From a bacterium (GTDB lineage Bacteria; Patescibacteriota; Minisyncoccia; Phycocordibacterales; UBA1006), in contig JBAWXN010000001.1 of NCBI GenBank assembly GCA_037144045.1, forward strand, positions 203,752-267,751: DNA of 64,000 nucleotides, given 5' to 3'. The translations under genes were made by a program, and so were the position numbers. Numbering within the stretch: position 1 is the first letter of the stretch; each line of letters begins with the position of its first letter. Below the pieces are notes generated by a model. The model searched no databases. It was given only the letters and a program-made list of their open reading frames with translations, and was not told where the DNA came from. Shown here piece by piece: positions 37,342 to 47,339 of the stretch.

Positions 37342-40300
37342 ACTTACTGATAAGCGCCCACGTTTTAGGACCTACTACCCCATCAGTTTTCAATTTATTT
37401 TGTTTTTGGAATCGTACTACAGCAAGTTTGGTTTTTACCCCAAACAGAGTTGATTCTTTTCCTGGCGAACCAGCACCTGTTTTAGCAATAATAAACCCTT
37501 TCTTGTTTAATGCCTGTTGTAATAATTTTACATCAGCACCCTTCAAACCTTGCTTAAGGGTTCGTTGTACTGTTGTAGTTGGTTGAGTATTTTTTACAGG
37601 GTCATTCACGGGTTGTGAAGACCATGCTTGCCCAACACCTCGATACGAACCTGATGATGAGCCACCGCCTGTAGATGTATCAATCACAGTAAACGGCCCA
37701 ACCATTACTGTATTTGAATCATTATTATTTGCGTCACGACATCCGAAACTAAATGAATACGTACCACCAACCTTGAGCCCTGATACATATGCCGTCTGTT
37801 CAGTATTACTATCAGTTATATCGCTAATATGTAGTTCTGCACTATCACTTACCGACGACTGAATTGGATATGCAAATGGTGTACACACTTCTGAAACAGT
37901 GAACTTGTATGTCGCATTAGCAATCGTTGTCTGCGCTGCAATTGATTTTACCTCGGTAATAATAGGAGCCGTCACGTCAGTTATTTCAAATGTTGTACGC
38001 AAGACAGGATAACTATCTGTCACCGTGCTCCAAATATCTGTGAAATTCCAACTACCTTCACCAGAAGCAAATACTGGCTTCGTTGCGTTGTTGAAGAAAT
38101 AAGCCGTGTCTGGATCTGCGATCGTATTTACCGCAGTACAATCTGAAGCACTTTGATCGTCAACACATCCAAGCGAATTCTTTTCTTCGTCATAATATAC
38201 CTCTCCAAAAACGAGTGTTGCACCCATGTTATTACTTCCCACAACTGAACCCTTGGCATGATCTGCAACCATGGTATTAGCTACAAAAGAATTGTAGATG
38301 TACAGCGACCCTTCATCATTGCGACCAACAAGTCCTCCTGCGTCTCCACCATTTGCGTATGCCGCAACACTTCCTGCTGCATATACCTCAGCGATAAACA
38401 CCGTACCACTGTTACCAGCACCTGACACACCAATGATTCCTCCGACACCACCAGTTGAACCAAGGGTTCCGTTAAAATATGAGTTAGTGATATTCAACGT
38501 ATGATTTCCAATATACGTTGATCCAATTAAACCTCCAACATATCCACCGTTTGCGCCAACGCTTCCTGTCGCATAGTTTTCTGACATTGTATTAATAAAC
38601 TCACCGCTACCATCGCGATAGTTACCAATATACCCGACGAGGCCTCCTGAATAACTTCCTGAACCTACTGATGCAAGTGACCGGTTTGCGGTAATGGTAA
38701 TATATGCGGTTGAATCGTCCCCATAAGTACTGATGTTCTGATACCCAATAAGCCCACCTGCATAGTAACCCCCTGAAGCAATTACACCCTCAACACTATT
38801 GCCATTGACTGTAAAATGGAAACTCTCATCATCATCGTCCATACTATGATACATATAACCAATAAGTCCTCCAGCTGCTGAATCTGTTGCTTCAACTTCA
38901 GCACTTACCCTATTGTTTGCAATAGTAATATTGTTTACATCGTTATTGTAGTAGGTGTATGAATCAATATACCCAATAAGTCCTCCAACATTTTCTGTTC
39001 CGTAAATATTACCACTAGTAACAGTATTACCTGAAACAGTTAAGTTTATAGTTGTGTCATCATCCTGGTCTCCGTCTAACTCAACCTCGCCAATAATTCC
39101 TCCAACATCAGAACCGCCATGAGCGCTGTCACCAGCGACTGTTCCTGTAAATGAGTTATTGGTTAATGAAGTTAAAACACTATATCCTTCCTCGTCTGGG
39201 TATGAATAGAGGTAGCCGACAATACCTCCAACCTTGCTATTTCCAGAAACAACACCACTTGACGAACTATTTGAAATACTTGAACTATGAATCGTTGCAC
39301 CATCAGAGTCCATATAACCAACCAATCCTCCAACATCATTACCTCCCCATCCATAGTTAGGATTGTATAGCCCGTTTACCGCAAGATCACTACGTACATT
39401 TGAAATTGTTGTGTGATATGCATATCCAACAAGTGCCCCTACTTCATAGAATCCTGTAACAGAACCGGTATGCAATGTAACGTTTTTAATAGTGGCTCGA
39501 TCGGTCATCTTGAAAAGACCAACATCACCTTCTTCTGGCAGGTTAATAGTTAAATTACTAATAGTATATCCACGTCCATCAAACACTCCTCGGAAAGTAT
39601 TGTTCCATCCTCCGTTTCCAAGCGCTCGGAAGTTTGGAATTCCCGAACAGTCAATATTTTGAGTTAAATTAAATGTATGTGTATAGGTGTCTGCTTCGGT
39701 ATCCATTGCTTGTAGTTGTGCACAACTACTGATCTCATGTACGGTAGAATTACCAACTGTAAATTGAACTGGGTTAGAGTACTCTCCGTAACCAAGCCAA
39801 TTTTCTGCAGAGATTCTGACATCGTATGTCTGGTCATAATCAAGCTTATTATCGTTATCATCGTATGACAAACTTGTCGTTGTAGCCTCAAGAGCCAGAG
39901 GATTATCCCAATTTGCTGTTGAAAGTTTTACTTGAATGCGATAGCTACTAATTGGAAGTCCGCCATCTGAGAGTGGCACTTCCCACGTAAAGTCAGGATT
40001 TAGGCCATTTACTTGTGCAGTAACATTTTGAGGTTCTGCTGGAGTTGAGATTGCATCTATTGGAATCAGTGTTGGATAATCACCGTCTTCCTGATGCCAA
40101 ACATTTGTAAAATTCCACTGCGTCATCGGAGCTGAAGTTGGTAACAGGAAATAGAATCCTGCGCTCGATGCTCCAGTACATCCATCACCCACTTCGGCAC
40201 CCGAAGCAATACATGAATCGCTTCCATTCGCGGTTGAATCGTAATAATTATTAGTAATCGTTACAGTACTTTGCCTTCGCCCCATAAATGCTCCGTGATT

Positions 40301-42424
40301 ACTTCCACCTGAAACAGTAGTTGCAGCAAAATTGTTGGCAAAAACTACATCGGATCCTCCTTCAGCATATCCTACAAATCCACCAACATCGCCACCCTGG
40401 CCCGTGACATCACCCACTGCATAGTTACGAAGTAAATAAGTACAACAATTTCCTGTTTCTCCAACAAAACCACCGACAGCATAGCTACCCCCATTTACCG
40501 TAGCTCGCGCATAACTATCAGAAATAGTTGTATTTACTGCGTACCCAGTGAATCCTCCAGAAGAAGAAACTCCTCCTGTTACTGTTCCTACGAAACTACT
40601 TTTTGAAACTCCATTCGACGATTGGATAAGTCCAGCAAATCCTCCGACTCGTCCAGCACTTGCGTTTATTGTTCCTGATACGTGAACACCAACAACCGTT
40701 CCATAGATAGTTCCGGCAAGTCCTCCAACATGATCATCACCGCCGGTGACCGTCATATTAGTAAGATTAAAACCATACACAAGAGCACTACCATCAATCT
40801 GAGTAAAAAGTCCTCCCTTACCTGTTGGACCAAGATTGATAGTAATCCCTGAGATAGTATGCCCTCCTCCAACAAATATTCCATCAATACCTTCAATCGG
40901 TATAAATCCAAAATACTGTCCTGGATTTTGAGGATCTTCGTTCCATGTTGCAGTTGCCGAACAATCAATATCATTCCCAAGCGTTACATGTACCCCTTGC
41001 CCAACATTTCCTTGAAGCGACTGAAGCTCTTCACAGGTAGTAACCAAGTAAGGAGTGTTCTCTGACCCATCACCTGCACCCAAGAAACTGTGATCTACAG
41101 TAAATGACGGAATGTTAATTGTATTTGAAAGATTTCCTCCGGCATCACGAACACGAACGGTACAATCTGAATAGGTACCAGTATCGAATCCAAAACTAAT
41201 AGTATTTGAACCAACCGTTGCTGGTACTTCTTCACCACTACATGCACCACCAGTGACGATAGTTCCCGCCTCATCTGTGGTAAATATATAATTTTGAGTA
41301 TATGCACGGGTTGGTGTTGTGATTGCCGTTATTTCTGAAATAACAGGAGCCGTAACATCTGGATCATCATTTACCACACCACCATCAGCGGTGATTGCGC
41401 GCAACGACGGATACTCATCAGTATTTGTTTCCCAGATTGTAGTAAAATCCCATGACGTAAGTGGTGCATTTGCTGCATCGTCTTTAAAATAGTGGATATT
41501 TGTGTTTCCGGCATTTACCCCTTCACACTGACCTATAACAGGTATAATCACCGCTCCATTGTTGTTGTATCCACACATAGTTCGTGTCGATCGGGAAATA
41601 TCAAAAAAGTTATTAGTAAGTCCTGCCGATGGTGTACTTGTTCCGTCTTGGTCATTTCCCCACAGACCTCCAAAGAAGAACGTATTTTGACCAGACAAAA
41701 CTGCTCCCGCATTAAAACTATTAGTGATAATACTTCCTGTTAAGCGCCAACCTGTCAGACCTCCCAGGTGATAAATAGCATCCGTATTTCTTCCGACCTG
41801 CCCGCGATTATATGAATTTATAATACTTGCATAACTCGTCATAAAGCCGGTAATACCTCCAATTTGAGATCCACTAGCAGAGGAAACCTCTCCTGTGTTG
41901 TATGAATTCGTAATAGTAGCATCAGCAAGAAATCCTACAAGACCACCAACATACGAACGCCCCCGAACACTTGCCTCGTTTACGACACGCTCAATTACAG
42001 TAGCTCCGTCAGCAGAAGCCACAACACCTGCAACATAATCACCGGTTGCAGAAACAGATCCAGTAACTCGTACGTCATGAATATGTGCACCGGTAACCTT
42101 ACCAAAAACTCCAACATACTGTGCACCAACATTGGAAATATTTACATCAATCGTATACCCTTGACCATCAAAATCACCTGTGAACGGATCGTTTACAGCG
42201 CCCATAGATAGGAAACTTGTTCCTGAACAATCAATATTATTTGCCAGTTTATATGAAGCCCCTGTATTGAAAGAAATTTCAGTAAGCTGAACACAGTCAG
42301 TAATCATATAAGGATCCCCAATAGTTCCGGCACCTGAACCAGTAAACGCGAACGCATGGCTTGCAGTAACCAAGCTCATTATGAGCAGTGCAATAATTGA
42401 TGCAGTTTTTTTAAAGTAATTCAT
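37340..42424 (-). CDS. Giant secreted surface protein: three GLUG-type beta-helix modules, Ig-like/FN3 domains, C-terminal peptidoglycan-binding domain
   Basis: Signal peptide; many (V/I)GG(L/I)(V/I)G repeats; three I..C.QL..IDCS caps; W..P.SDGG.PI..Y FN3; DV..LQ..L..FG..T..AV..FQ..DG.VGP.T. Confidence 0.88.
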   Translation of the reverse strand: MNYFKKTASIIALLIMSLVTASHAFAFTGSGAGTIGDPYMITDCVQLTEISFNTGASYKLANNIDCSGTSFLSMGAVNDPFTGDFDGQGYTIDVNISNVGAQYVGVFGKVTGAHIHDVRVTGSVSATGDYVAGVVASADGATVIERVVNEASVRGRSYVGGLVGFLADATITNSYNTGEVSSASGSQIGGITGFMTSYASIINSYNRGQVGRNTDAIYHLGGLTGWRLTGSIITNSFNAGAVLSGQNTFFFGGLWGNDQDGTSTPSAGLTNNFFDISRSTRTMCGYNNNGAVIIPVIGQCEGVNAGNTNIHYFKDDAANAPLTSWDFTTIWETNTDEYPSLRAITADGGVVNDDPDVTAPVISEITAITTPTRAYTQNYIFTTDEAGTIVTGGACSGEEVPATVGSNTISFGFDTGTYSDCTVRVRDAGGNLSNTINIPSFTVDHSFLGAGDGSENTPYLVTTCEELQSLQGNVGQGVHVTLGNDIDCSATATWNEDPQNPGQYFGFIPIEGIDGIFVGGGHTISGITINLGPTGKGGLFTQIDGSALVYGFNLTNMTVTGGDDHVGGLAGTIYGTVVGVHVSGTINASAGRVGGFAGLIQSSNGVSKSSFVGTVTGGVSSSGGFTGYAVNTTISDSYARATVNGGSYAVGGFVGETGNCCTYLLRNYAVGDVTGQGGDVGGFVGYAEGGSDVVFANNFAATTVSGGSNHGAFMGRRQSTVTITNNYYDSTANGSDSCIASGAEVGDGCTGASSAGFYFLLPTSAPMTQWNFTNVWHQEDGDYPTLIPIDAISTPAEPQNVTAQVNGLNPDFTWEVPLSDGGLPISSYRIQVKLSTANWDNPLALEATTTSLSYDDNDNKLDYDQTYDVRISAENWLGYGEYSNPVQFTVGNSTVHEISSCAQLQAMDTEADTYTHTFNLTQNIDCSGIPNFRALGNGGWNNTFRGVFDGRGYTISNLTINLPEEGDVGLFKMTDRATIKNVTLHTGSVTGFYEVGALVGYAYHTTISNVRSDLAVNGLYNPNYGWGGNDVGGLVGYMDSDGATIHSSSISNSSSSGVVSGNSKVGGIVGYLYSYPDEEGYSVLTSLTNNSFTGTVAGDSAHGGSDVGGIIGEVELDGDQDDDTTINLTVSGNTVTSGNIYGTENVGGLIGYIDSYTYYNNDVNNITIANNRVSAEVEATDSAAGGLIGYMYHSMDDDDESFHFTVNGNSVEGVIASGGYYAGGLIGYQNISTYGDDSTAYITITANRSLASVGSGSYSGGLVGYIGNYRDGSGEFINTMSENYATGSVGANGGYVGGLIGSTYIGNHTLNITNSYFNGTLGSTGGVGGIIGVSGAGNSGTVFIAEVYAAGSVAAYANGGDAGGLVGRNDEGSLYIYNSFVANTMVADHAKGSVVGSNNMGATLVFGEVYYDEEKNSLGCVDDQSASDCTAVNTIADPDTAYFFNNATKPVFASGEGSWNFTDIWSTVTDSYPVLRTTFEITDVTAPIITEVKSIAAQTTIANATYKFTVSEVCTPFAYPIQSSVSDSAELHISDITDSNTEQTAYVSGLKVGGTYSFSFGCRDANNNDSNTVMVGPFTVIDTSTGGGSSSGSYRGVGQAWSSQPVNDPVKNTQPTTTVQRTLKQGLKGADVKLLQQALNKKGFIIAKTGAGSPGKESTLFGVKTKLAVVRFQKQNKLKTDGVVGPKTWALISK

Positions 42425-42435
42425 AGATGTAATAA

Positions 42436-42858
42436 TTATTTTTTGACCGGATATACCGTGACACGGTCTGCAGTTACTGTTCCTGGTTCTTGTTCATTAC
42501 CAACAATAGTAATTCGCTGACCTACACGTACCTGAACTTTTTCCTTGCTTGCCTTAGAGGGCGCCCGGTTACTTTTTTGTTTTTGAGTAGATGCCAGTAA
42601 AGTTTTTTTAGCACCTTGGTTAGATGATACCCCGTTAGTAATTTTTGCACCTGTTAATGAAACAGAAATTTTTTGATTTCCATCATCAACTACTGCCGTT
42701 GTACCTGTGATACTCAGTACAATACCAGAAATAATTGTACGGGTTTCATCAGATGCAAAACTTGCACGAGGAGCTATTAAAAAAATGCCCACGATGAGTA
42801 AAAACGTAGACACGAAAAAAACATTGCGGGCCGATTGAATGGTAAATAGAATACTCAT
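42436..42858 (-). CDS. Secreted OB-fold-like protein (DUF5666-like)
   Basis: Signal peptide; ISGIVLSI.GT..; VGQRITIVG..VTADRV. Confidence 0.65.
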   Translation of the reverse strand: MSILFTIQSARNVFFVSTFLLIVGIFLIAPRASFASDETRTIISGIVLSITGTTAVVDDGNQKISVSLTGAKITNGVSSNQGAKKTLLASTQKQKSNRAPSKASKEKVQVRVGQRITIVGNEQEPGTVTADRVTVYPVKK

Positions 42859-42946
42859 AAAAAACAGACAGTCCACTTAAATAATAATACTTCTATTGTA
42901 TCAATGAATATTTTTAAATACAAGATAAAAACACCCGAAGGTGCTG

Positions 42947-43069
42947 TTATCGATGCGGATTTTTCTTCATTCGAGCTTGCTTTGCGGCAACCTTGATTGC
43001 AATGCGTTTCTTGGTCTTTTTAGAGTGAGACGCCTTGTTTTTGATTCCTTGATTTAATCGTTTTGCCAT
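42947..43069 (-). CDS. 40-aa highly basic protein MAKRLNQGIKNKASHSKKTKKRIAIKVAAKQARMKKNPHR
   Basis: Clean ATG-TAA; TATACT 9 nt upstream; CACC-TTCG-GGTG hairpin with T-tract downstream. Confidence 0.75.
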   Translation of the reverse strand: MAKRLNQGIKNKASHSKKTKKRIAIKVAAKQARMKKNPHR

Positions 43070-43109
43070 ATAGACCTAGTATAGACTAAATTGACAAATA
43101 AGGCAATGA

Positions 43110-44255
43110 TTACCGTTCAATGTATTTCATAGTTCCCCATCCAATGAATCCAAGTATTCCTGCAATAAGGAACGGCGCACCTGGATGTGACGCATAGGTA
43201 ACCGTTGCAATGAGTGGTCCTACAATCATTGATAGTGACATGATCGATGCCGAAATTCCTAAATATTCACCACGCTTGTGTTCGTTATGTCCCGCAATAA
43301 TACTTCCGAAAACGGTACGCAAGTTTCCTTGACCAAAAGTAGTAAGAATAAGTCCAATAAAAAATGATACCATCAGTGGTACTGATTGAAACACCATTCC
43401 AACCCCAAACATTACTAACATAATTAATGCAAGCGTTCGCTGTTGAAAATGCACTAGCCAAAACTTTTTAAGCAGTACGAGTTGGTTAATCACAATGAGT
43501 AATCCCACCCCTGCAAATAGTAATCCTGTCGTTTGTGCATTCATACCAAAGACATCCTGCACATATAACGAAAAGGTTCCCTGTTGTACTGATAATGCCG
43601 TTCCAAATAAAAACCAAACAAAGAATATCCATCGCATCTCGTGATTTTTGAATCCATCAATAATAGGCGTAAATGGATTGTACGATAGTTTCTTGTCTTG
43701 AATGCGTACATGATGTGTTTCCGGAAGGAAGAAATATGCAAGGACTGCATTAACGGCAGCAAGGATTCCTACGAAATAAAACGGCGCATGAGTACCCAAA
43801 AGCGCAATAAATCCACCTAGCGCTGGACCAATAATAAATCCAATTCCAAACAAAGCGCCGAATAATCCCATATTTACAGCGCGTTCTTTTGAATCTTTAG
43901 CAATATCTGCAAGCGCACTTTGTGCAGTCGTAATGTTCCCTGCGGCGAGCCCGTCGATAATGCGACCAATAAAAAGAAATGCGACACTCCATGCCTGAGC
44001 AAACACAAACCACCCTATTGCACTAGAAATAATACTTATAATAAGAACGGGTCTGCGACCAATACGATCTGAAAGCGCCCCTAGATAAGGCGCAGAAAAA
44101 AATGAAAATAGTGCATATACTGCAAACAAGAGCGTCACCACTGCCGGTGACACGCCAAATGATTGTACATACGTAGGCAAAATAGGAATAATGATTCCAA
44201 GACCTACAATATCAATAAATACCGTAAATAATACTAATGCTTTAACATTTTTCAT
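43110..44255 (-). CDS. MFS transporter, TetA/DHA1-like
   Basis: D..G.GII.PILP, GALSDRIGRRPVL, GRIIDG, GFIIGPALGG. Confidence 0.92.
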   Translation of the reverse strand: MKNVKALVLFTVFIDIVGLGIIIPILPTYVQSFGVSPAVVTLLFAVYALFSFFSAPYLGALSDRIGRRPVLIISIISSAIGWFVFAQAWSVAFLFIGRIIDGLAAGNITTAQSALADIAKDSKERAVNMGLFGALFGIGFIIGPALGGFIALLGTHAPFYFVGILAAVNAVLAYFFLPETHHVRIQDKKLSYNPFTPIIDGFKNHEMRWIFFVWFLFGTALSVQQGTFSLYVQDVFGMNAQTTGLLFAGVGLLIVINQLVLLKKFWLVHFQQRTLALIMLVMFGVGMVFQSVPLMVSFFIGLILTTFGQGNLRTVFGSIIAGHNEHKRGEYLGISASIMSLSMIVGPLIATVTYASHPGAPFLIAGILGFIGWGTMKYIER

Positions 44256-44275
44256 AGGTCGTTATAGTATCACAA

Positions 44276-44965
44276 TTAGTGAGTAATAGCTTCAGGTGTG
44301 TTCTGAACTAATATTGCTTGCAAGTACGGAATAATACGATCCGCCATTTTTACATATCCTGCATCATCAGGATGCAGGGGGTCAAACTTATTAGTAATCG
44401 TCCAAAAAACTCCTTGCATGAGTTGAGGTACGTAGACAATTCCATACTTATCAGCAAGTGCACGTAGCTGCTTATTTCGGTTCGCATACAACACATTGTC
44501 AGTCACTTCACCAAAGATAGTAACGATACCCCGCTCTGAAAGTTGTTTGAATAACGATTCCGTATTCGCCAAAAATTCAGATTCCGGAACGAGATGGATA
44601 GCATCATTGCCGCCAATAACTAAAATAACAACCTTAGGATGATAGGTGAATACATCAGCATCAATGCGTTTGAGTAAATCTGCCGTTTCATCGCCACGGT
44701 GACCCTGGTTTAAAATAGTAATTCCGAGACGTGATTCGATAATGCTGACGAATCCGTTCAACTGTGCAGCACCCAGGCCTTCAACAAGGCTATCACCAAA
44801 TGCGATCACATCGTATTGATCCTTATCAGGTGTTACTATCCGGGACACATACCGTTTATTATTCACCGCATCATAGGCCCAGAGTACCATCCATAATACT
44901 ATTGCAAGTAATATAATGCGCCCAATATAATAGAATATTTTTTTAAATCCTTGTGACTCCTTCAT
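44276..44965 (-). CDS. SGNH/GDSL lipase/arylesterase
   Basis: FGDSL, N.G..GD.T, GGND, DPLHP; start reset to MKESQ. Confidence 0.9.
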   Translation of the reverse strand: MKESQGFKKIFYYIGRIILLAIVLWMVLWAYDAVNNKRYVSRIVTPDKDQYDVIAFGDSLVEGLGAAQLNGFVSIIESRLGITILNQGHRGDETADLLKRIDADVFTYHPKVVILVIGGNDAIHLVPESEFLANTESLFKQLSERGIVTIFGEVTDNVLYANRNKQLRALADKYGIVYVPQLMQGVFWTITNKFDPLHPDDAGYVKMADRIIPYLQAILVQNTPEAITH

Positions 44966-45013
44966 AATCATTAGTATACGCAAAAATACCCCCTTGCGGA
45001 AGTAGTATGCTCG

Positions 45014-45547
45014 TTATTTTGTAAATACGATTTGTCCTCCGTTATCCTTGATTGAAATAATAAGACTTCCGGTTGTATCAATTTTCACCTGAGTTCCATC
45101 CATAAGGTATTTAGTGAAGTCTTGTTCCTGTGAACCTTCGCAATACATTTGAGTACTCATGAATGGGCCAAATGAGATAATTCCATCAGAACCGAATACG
45201 TATTCCCCACCAAATCCGTTACAATCCGTAGTTCCTTGTACCCGCCCATCAGCTCCTAATGTTACCGAAAAAGCATCCGATCTTTTAGGATTAATCACGG
45301 TTCCATCAGCAAGTACTGTTGTTTTCCAAATCCATTTTACGCGAGTAACCTCTGAAGCACGCGGTGGCGGCGTTGAACCTGGAGGTAATTTAGCACTGGG
45401 TACTAGTACTGATGAGGTTACCGAACCAGAAGAAACGTTTCCAGAGTCAATCGGTGTTGCACCATTATAGAGAGCCATTAATGTAATGAGCCCAACGAGC
45501 AATGCCAGACCAATAACGATACGGATGGTTTGTTGATGTTTATTCAT
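45014..45547 (-). CDS. META/HslJ domain protein
   Basis: G.TDCN.FGG.Y, STQMYC. Confidence 0.88.
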   Translation of the reverse strand: MNKHQQTIRIVIGLALLVGLITLMALYNGATPIDSGNVSSGSVTSSVLVPSAKLPPGSTPPPRASEVTRVKWIWKTTVLADGTVINPKRSDAFSVTLGADGRVQGTTDCNGFGGEYVFGSDGIISFGPFMSTQMYCEGSQEQDFTKYLMDGTQVKIDTTGSLIISIKDNGGQIVFTK

Positions 45548-45556
45548 AGGTAATTA

Positions 45557-45808
45557 TTATAGCATAGTCGTAGCTATTAATTGTTGTTTTTCATTACGCG
45601 TCATACGTTTTAACACTGCTTCACGGGATCGTACCGTTGCATAATCAGTACATTCCTCTGAATATACCAACTGCACGGGGCGACGAATTTTCGTGTAATG
45701 TGCTCCGGATTTTAAATGATTGTGTGCATGAAGCCTTTTTTCAAGGTCTAATGTAGAACCTACATAGAATGTTCCATCATTACATTTTAGGATATACGCA
45801 AAAAACAT
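45557..45808 (-). CDS. Small GIY-YIG nuclease (YazA/UPF0213)
   Basis: YILKC.DGT.YVG.T.DL.KRL..HN, GA.YT..RRPV.LVY.E. Confidence 0.92.
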   Translation of the reverse strand: MFFAYILKCNDGTFYVGSTLDLEKRLHAHNHLKSGAHYTKIRRPVQLVYSEECTDYATVRSREAVLKRMTRNEKQQLIATTML

Positions 45809-45844
45809 ACTCCTACTGTAGCATGTTTTTGTAAGTCCAATCTG

Positions 45845-46087
45845 TTACATTTTTTTGCGCAAGAATTCAGTACGGAGGATAATTCCTTTCATGTCCTCAT
45901 AACGACACTCGATTTCTTCTTCATCGCCGGTCAATCGAATATTTTTAATTACGGTTCCCTTTTTAATCGTGAGTTTAGTACCTCCTACTTTAAGGTCCTT
46001 AATGACCTGCACGGTGTCACCACTGGCAAGTTCTGCTCCTTGTGAATCAACCACTTTATATGCGTCTTCTTGTTCGTCATGTTCCAT
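45845..46087 (-). CDS. PhnA/YjdM C-terminal-domain protein (no Zn ribbon)
   Basis: DSQG..L..GDTV.VIKDLKV.G...IKKGT..KNIRL; start reset to MEHDE. Confidence 0.85.
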   Translation of the reverse strand: MEHDEQEDAYKVVDSQGAELASGDTVQVIKDLKVGGTKLTIKKGTVIKNIRLTGDEEEIECRYEDMKGIILRTEFLRKKM

Positions 46088-46129
46088 ATACGGCGAGTGT
46101 AGCATACTATCTTATAAAATAAAAAAACC

Positions 46130-46366
46130 TTATTCAGGCTTTTTACTCTGCATCATAGGCAAGCTATCGATATACAATCGTTCTACTTTGGTGCGTGCCC
46201 AAGGAGTTCTTCGTAGAAATACGAGACTTGATTTAATACTTGGGTCTACTTGAAAACAATTAATGCGCACATACTGCCCTAATGGTTCCCAACCATAATG
46301 AGCGACTAATTCGTTCAAAATCATTTCTAATGTTTTCCCTTGGAGCGGATTGTTACCATTATTCAT
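46130..46366 (-). CDS. VF530/DUF2132 family small DNA-binding protein
   Basis: [40 protein letters not shown]. Confidence 0.92.
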   Translation of the reverse strand: MNNGNNPLQGKTLEMILNELVAHYGWEPLGQYVRINCFQVDPSIKSSLVFLRRTPWARTKVERLYIDSLPMMQSKKPE

Positions 46367-46398
46367 GACTCATATGTACCATAATTTGTAGTAAAAGA

Positions 46399-47286
46399 CT
46401 ACTTAATTTCTGCGCAGTCTTTTTGATTCATTTGAAATCCTGGAGTCAATTTTTCAGGATGCGCATAGACATAGCTCCCGTCTTCACTATCCTTCATTTC
46501 ACCAAAAAATGCGACTGCAGATCCTTCTCCAAACTGAATTTTCAATTGTTCTGTTGCCTGCATTCCTTCTGCCATTACATTCCACCATACATCAGCGGTA
46601 CGTGAAGAAATCTTTGGATTCATAGGTCCCACCACTCCTTCAAAAGTTCCTGTTTTAGAATCCTTTTCTGCGGGTAAATTTTTATACTCACCAGAAATTG
46701 TATTACCTAAGATAGTCATGTTCAATATGGCTCGATCAAAAAATCCAGCAGGCGTTTTCTTTTCATACGAATAACACATGGCAATAGGTTTTACACACTC
46801 TGTAGCAACATATGAACGTACCTTGTATTCTTTGGTAGTATCTGGAACGAGTCCGTCTTTGTAGTTATCAATTAATGAATACTGTAGTTTATCAATTCCT
46901 GTTTTTGTAAATTTGTAAATTTCTTGTTCGATGTTTTTTGAACCCTCAACAGTATAGGCGTAGTCTGCCGTAATCGTATCACCTGCAATGGTACCCGTGA
47001 GATTTCCAGAGTATCCATTCGTCATATCAGGACCTGACTGACTCCCTTTTTTATTACCCGTTACTTGGGTTCCGTTTATGGTAAAGGTAAGATATTCGTC
47101 GACGGCATACGGCGCATCTTGAGTAGCTACCTGATGATACGCATAGCAACGGGTTCCTGTGGTTTGATCAAGTATCGTCTCAACCGGTGATACGGTGAGT
47201 GCCTGTGGCTGTGTTACTACTAATATCGCAACAACCCCTCCAACTAACACGATTAATGTTCCGATAATGATAATTATTTTTTTCAT
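46399..47286 (-). CDS. Membrane-anchored hypothetical protein with two tandem beta-rich domains
   Basis: TM anchor; repeated CY..L.(M/F)TI.G..(V/I).G...EG...EQ units; start reset to MKKII. Confidence 0.75.
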   Translation of the reverse strand: MKKIIIIIGTLIVLVGGVVAILVVTQPQALTVSPVETILDQTTGTRCYAYHQVATQDAPYAVDEYLTFTINGTQVTGNKKGSQSGPDMTNGYSGNLTGTIAGDTITADYAYTVEGSKNIEQEIYKFTKTGIDKLQYSLIDNYKDGLVPDTTKEYKVRSYVATECVKPIAMCYSYEKKTPAGFFDRAILNMTILGNTISGEYKNLPAEKDSKTGTFEGVVGPMNPKISSRTADVWWNVMAEGMQATEQLKIQFGEGSAVAFFGEMKDSEDGSYVYAHPEKLTPGFQMNQKDCAEIK

Positions 47287-47339
47287 GAACTCATTATACC
47301 ACAATAAAAGACCCACCTCCGTGAGTCTTTTATATTCGA

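Noticed and set aside
43110-44255. Bona fide tetracycline resistance determinant
   Set aside because: Only family-level DHA1 motifs; no tetR or mobile context; substrate cannot be inferred
45557-45808. GIY-YIG as a homing endonuclease or mobile element
   Set aside because: Short stand-alone YazA-type protein; no intron or intein context
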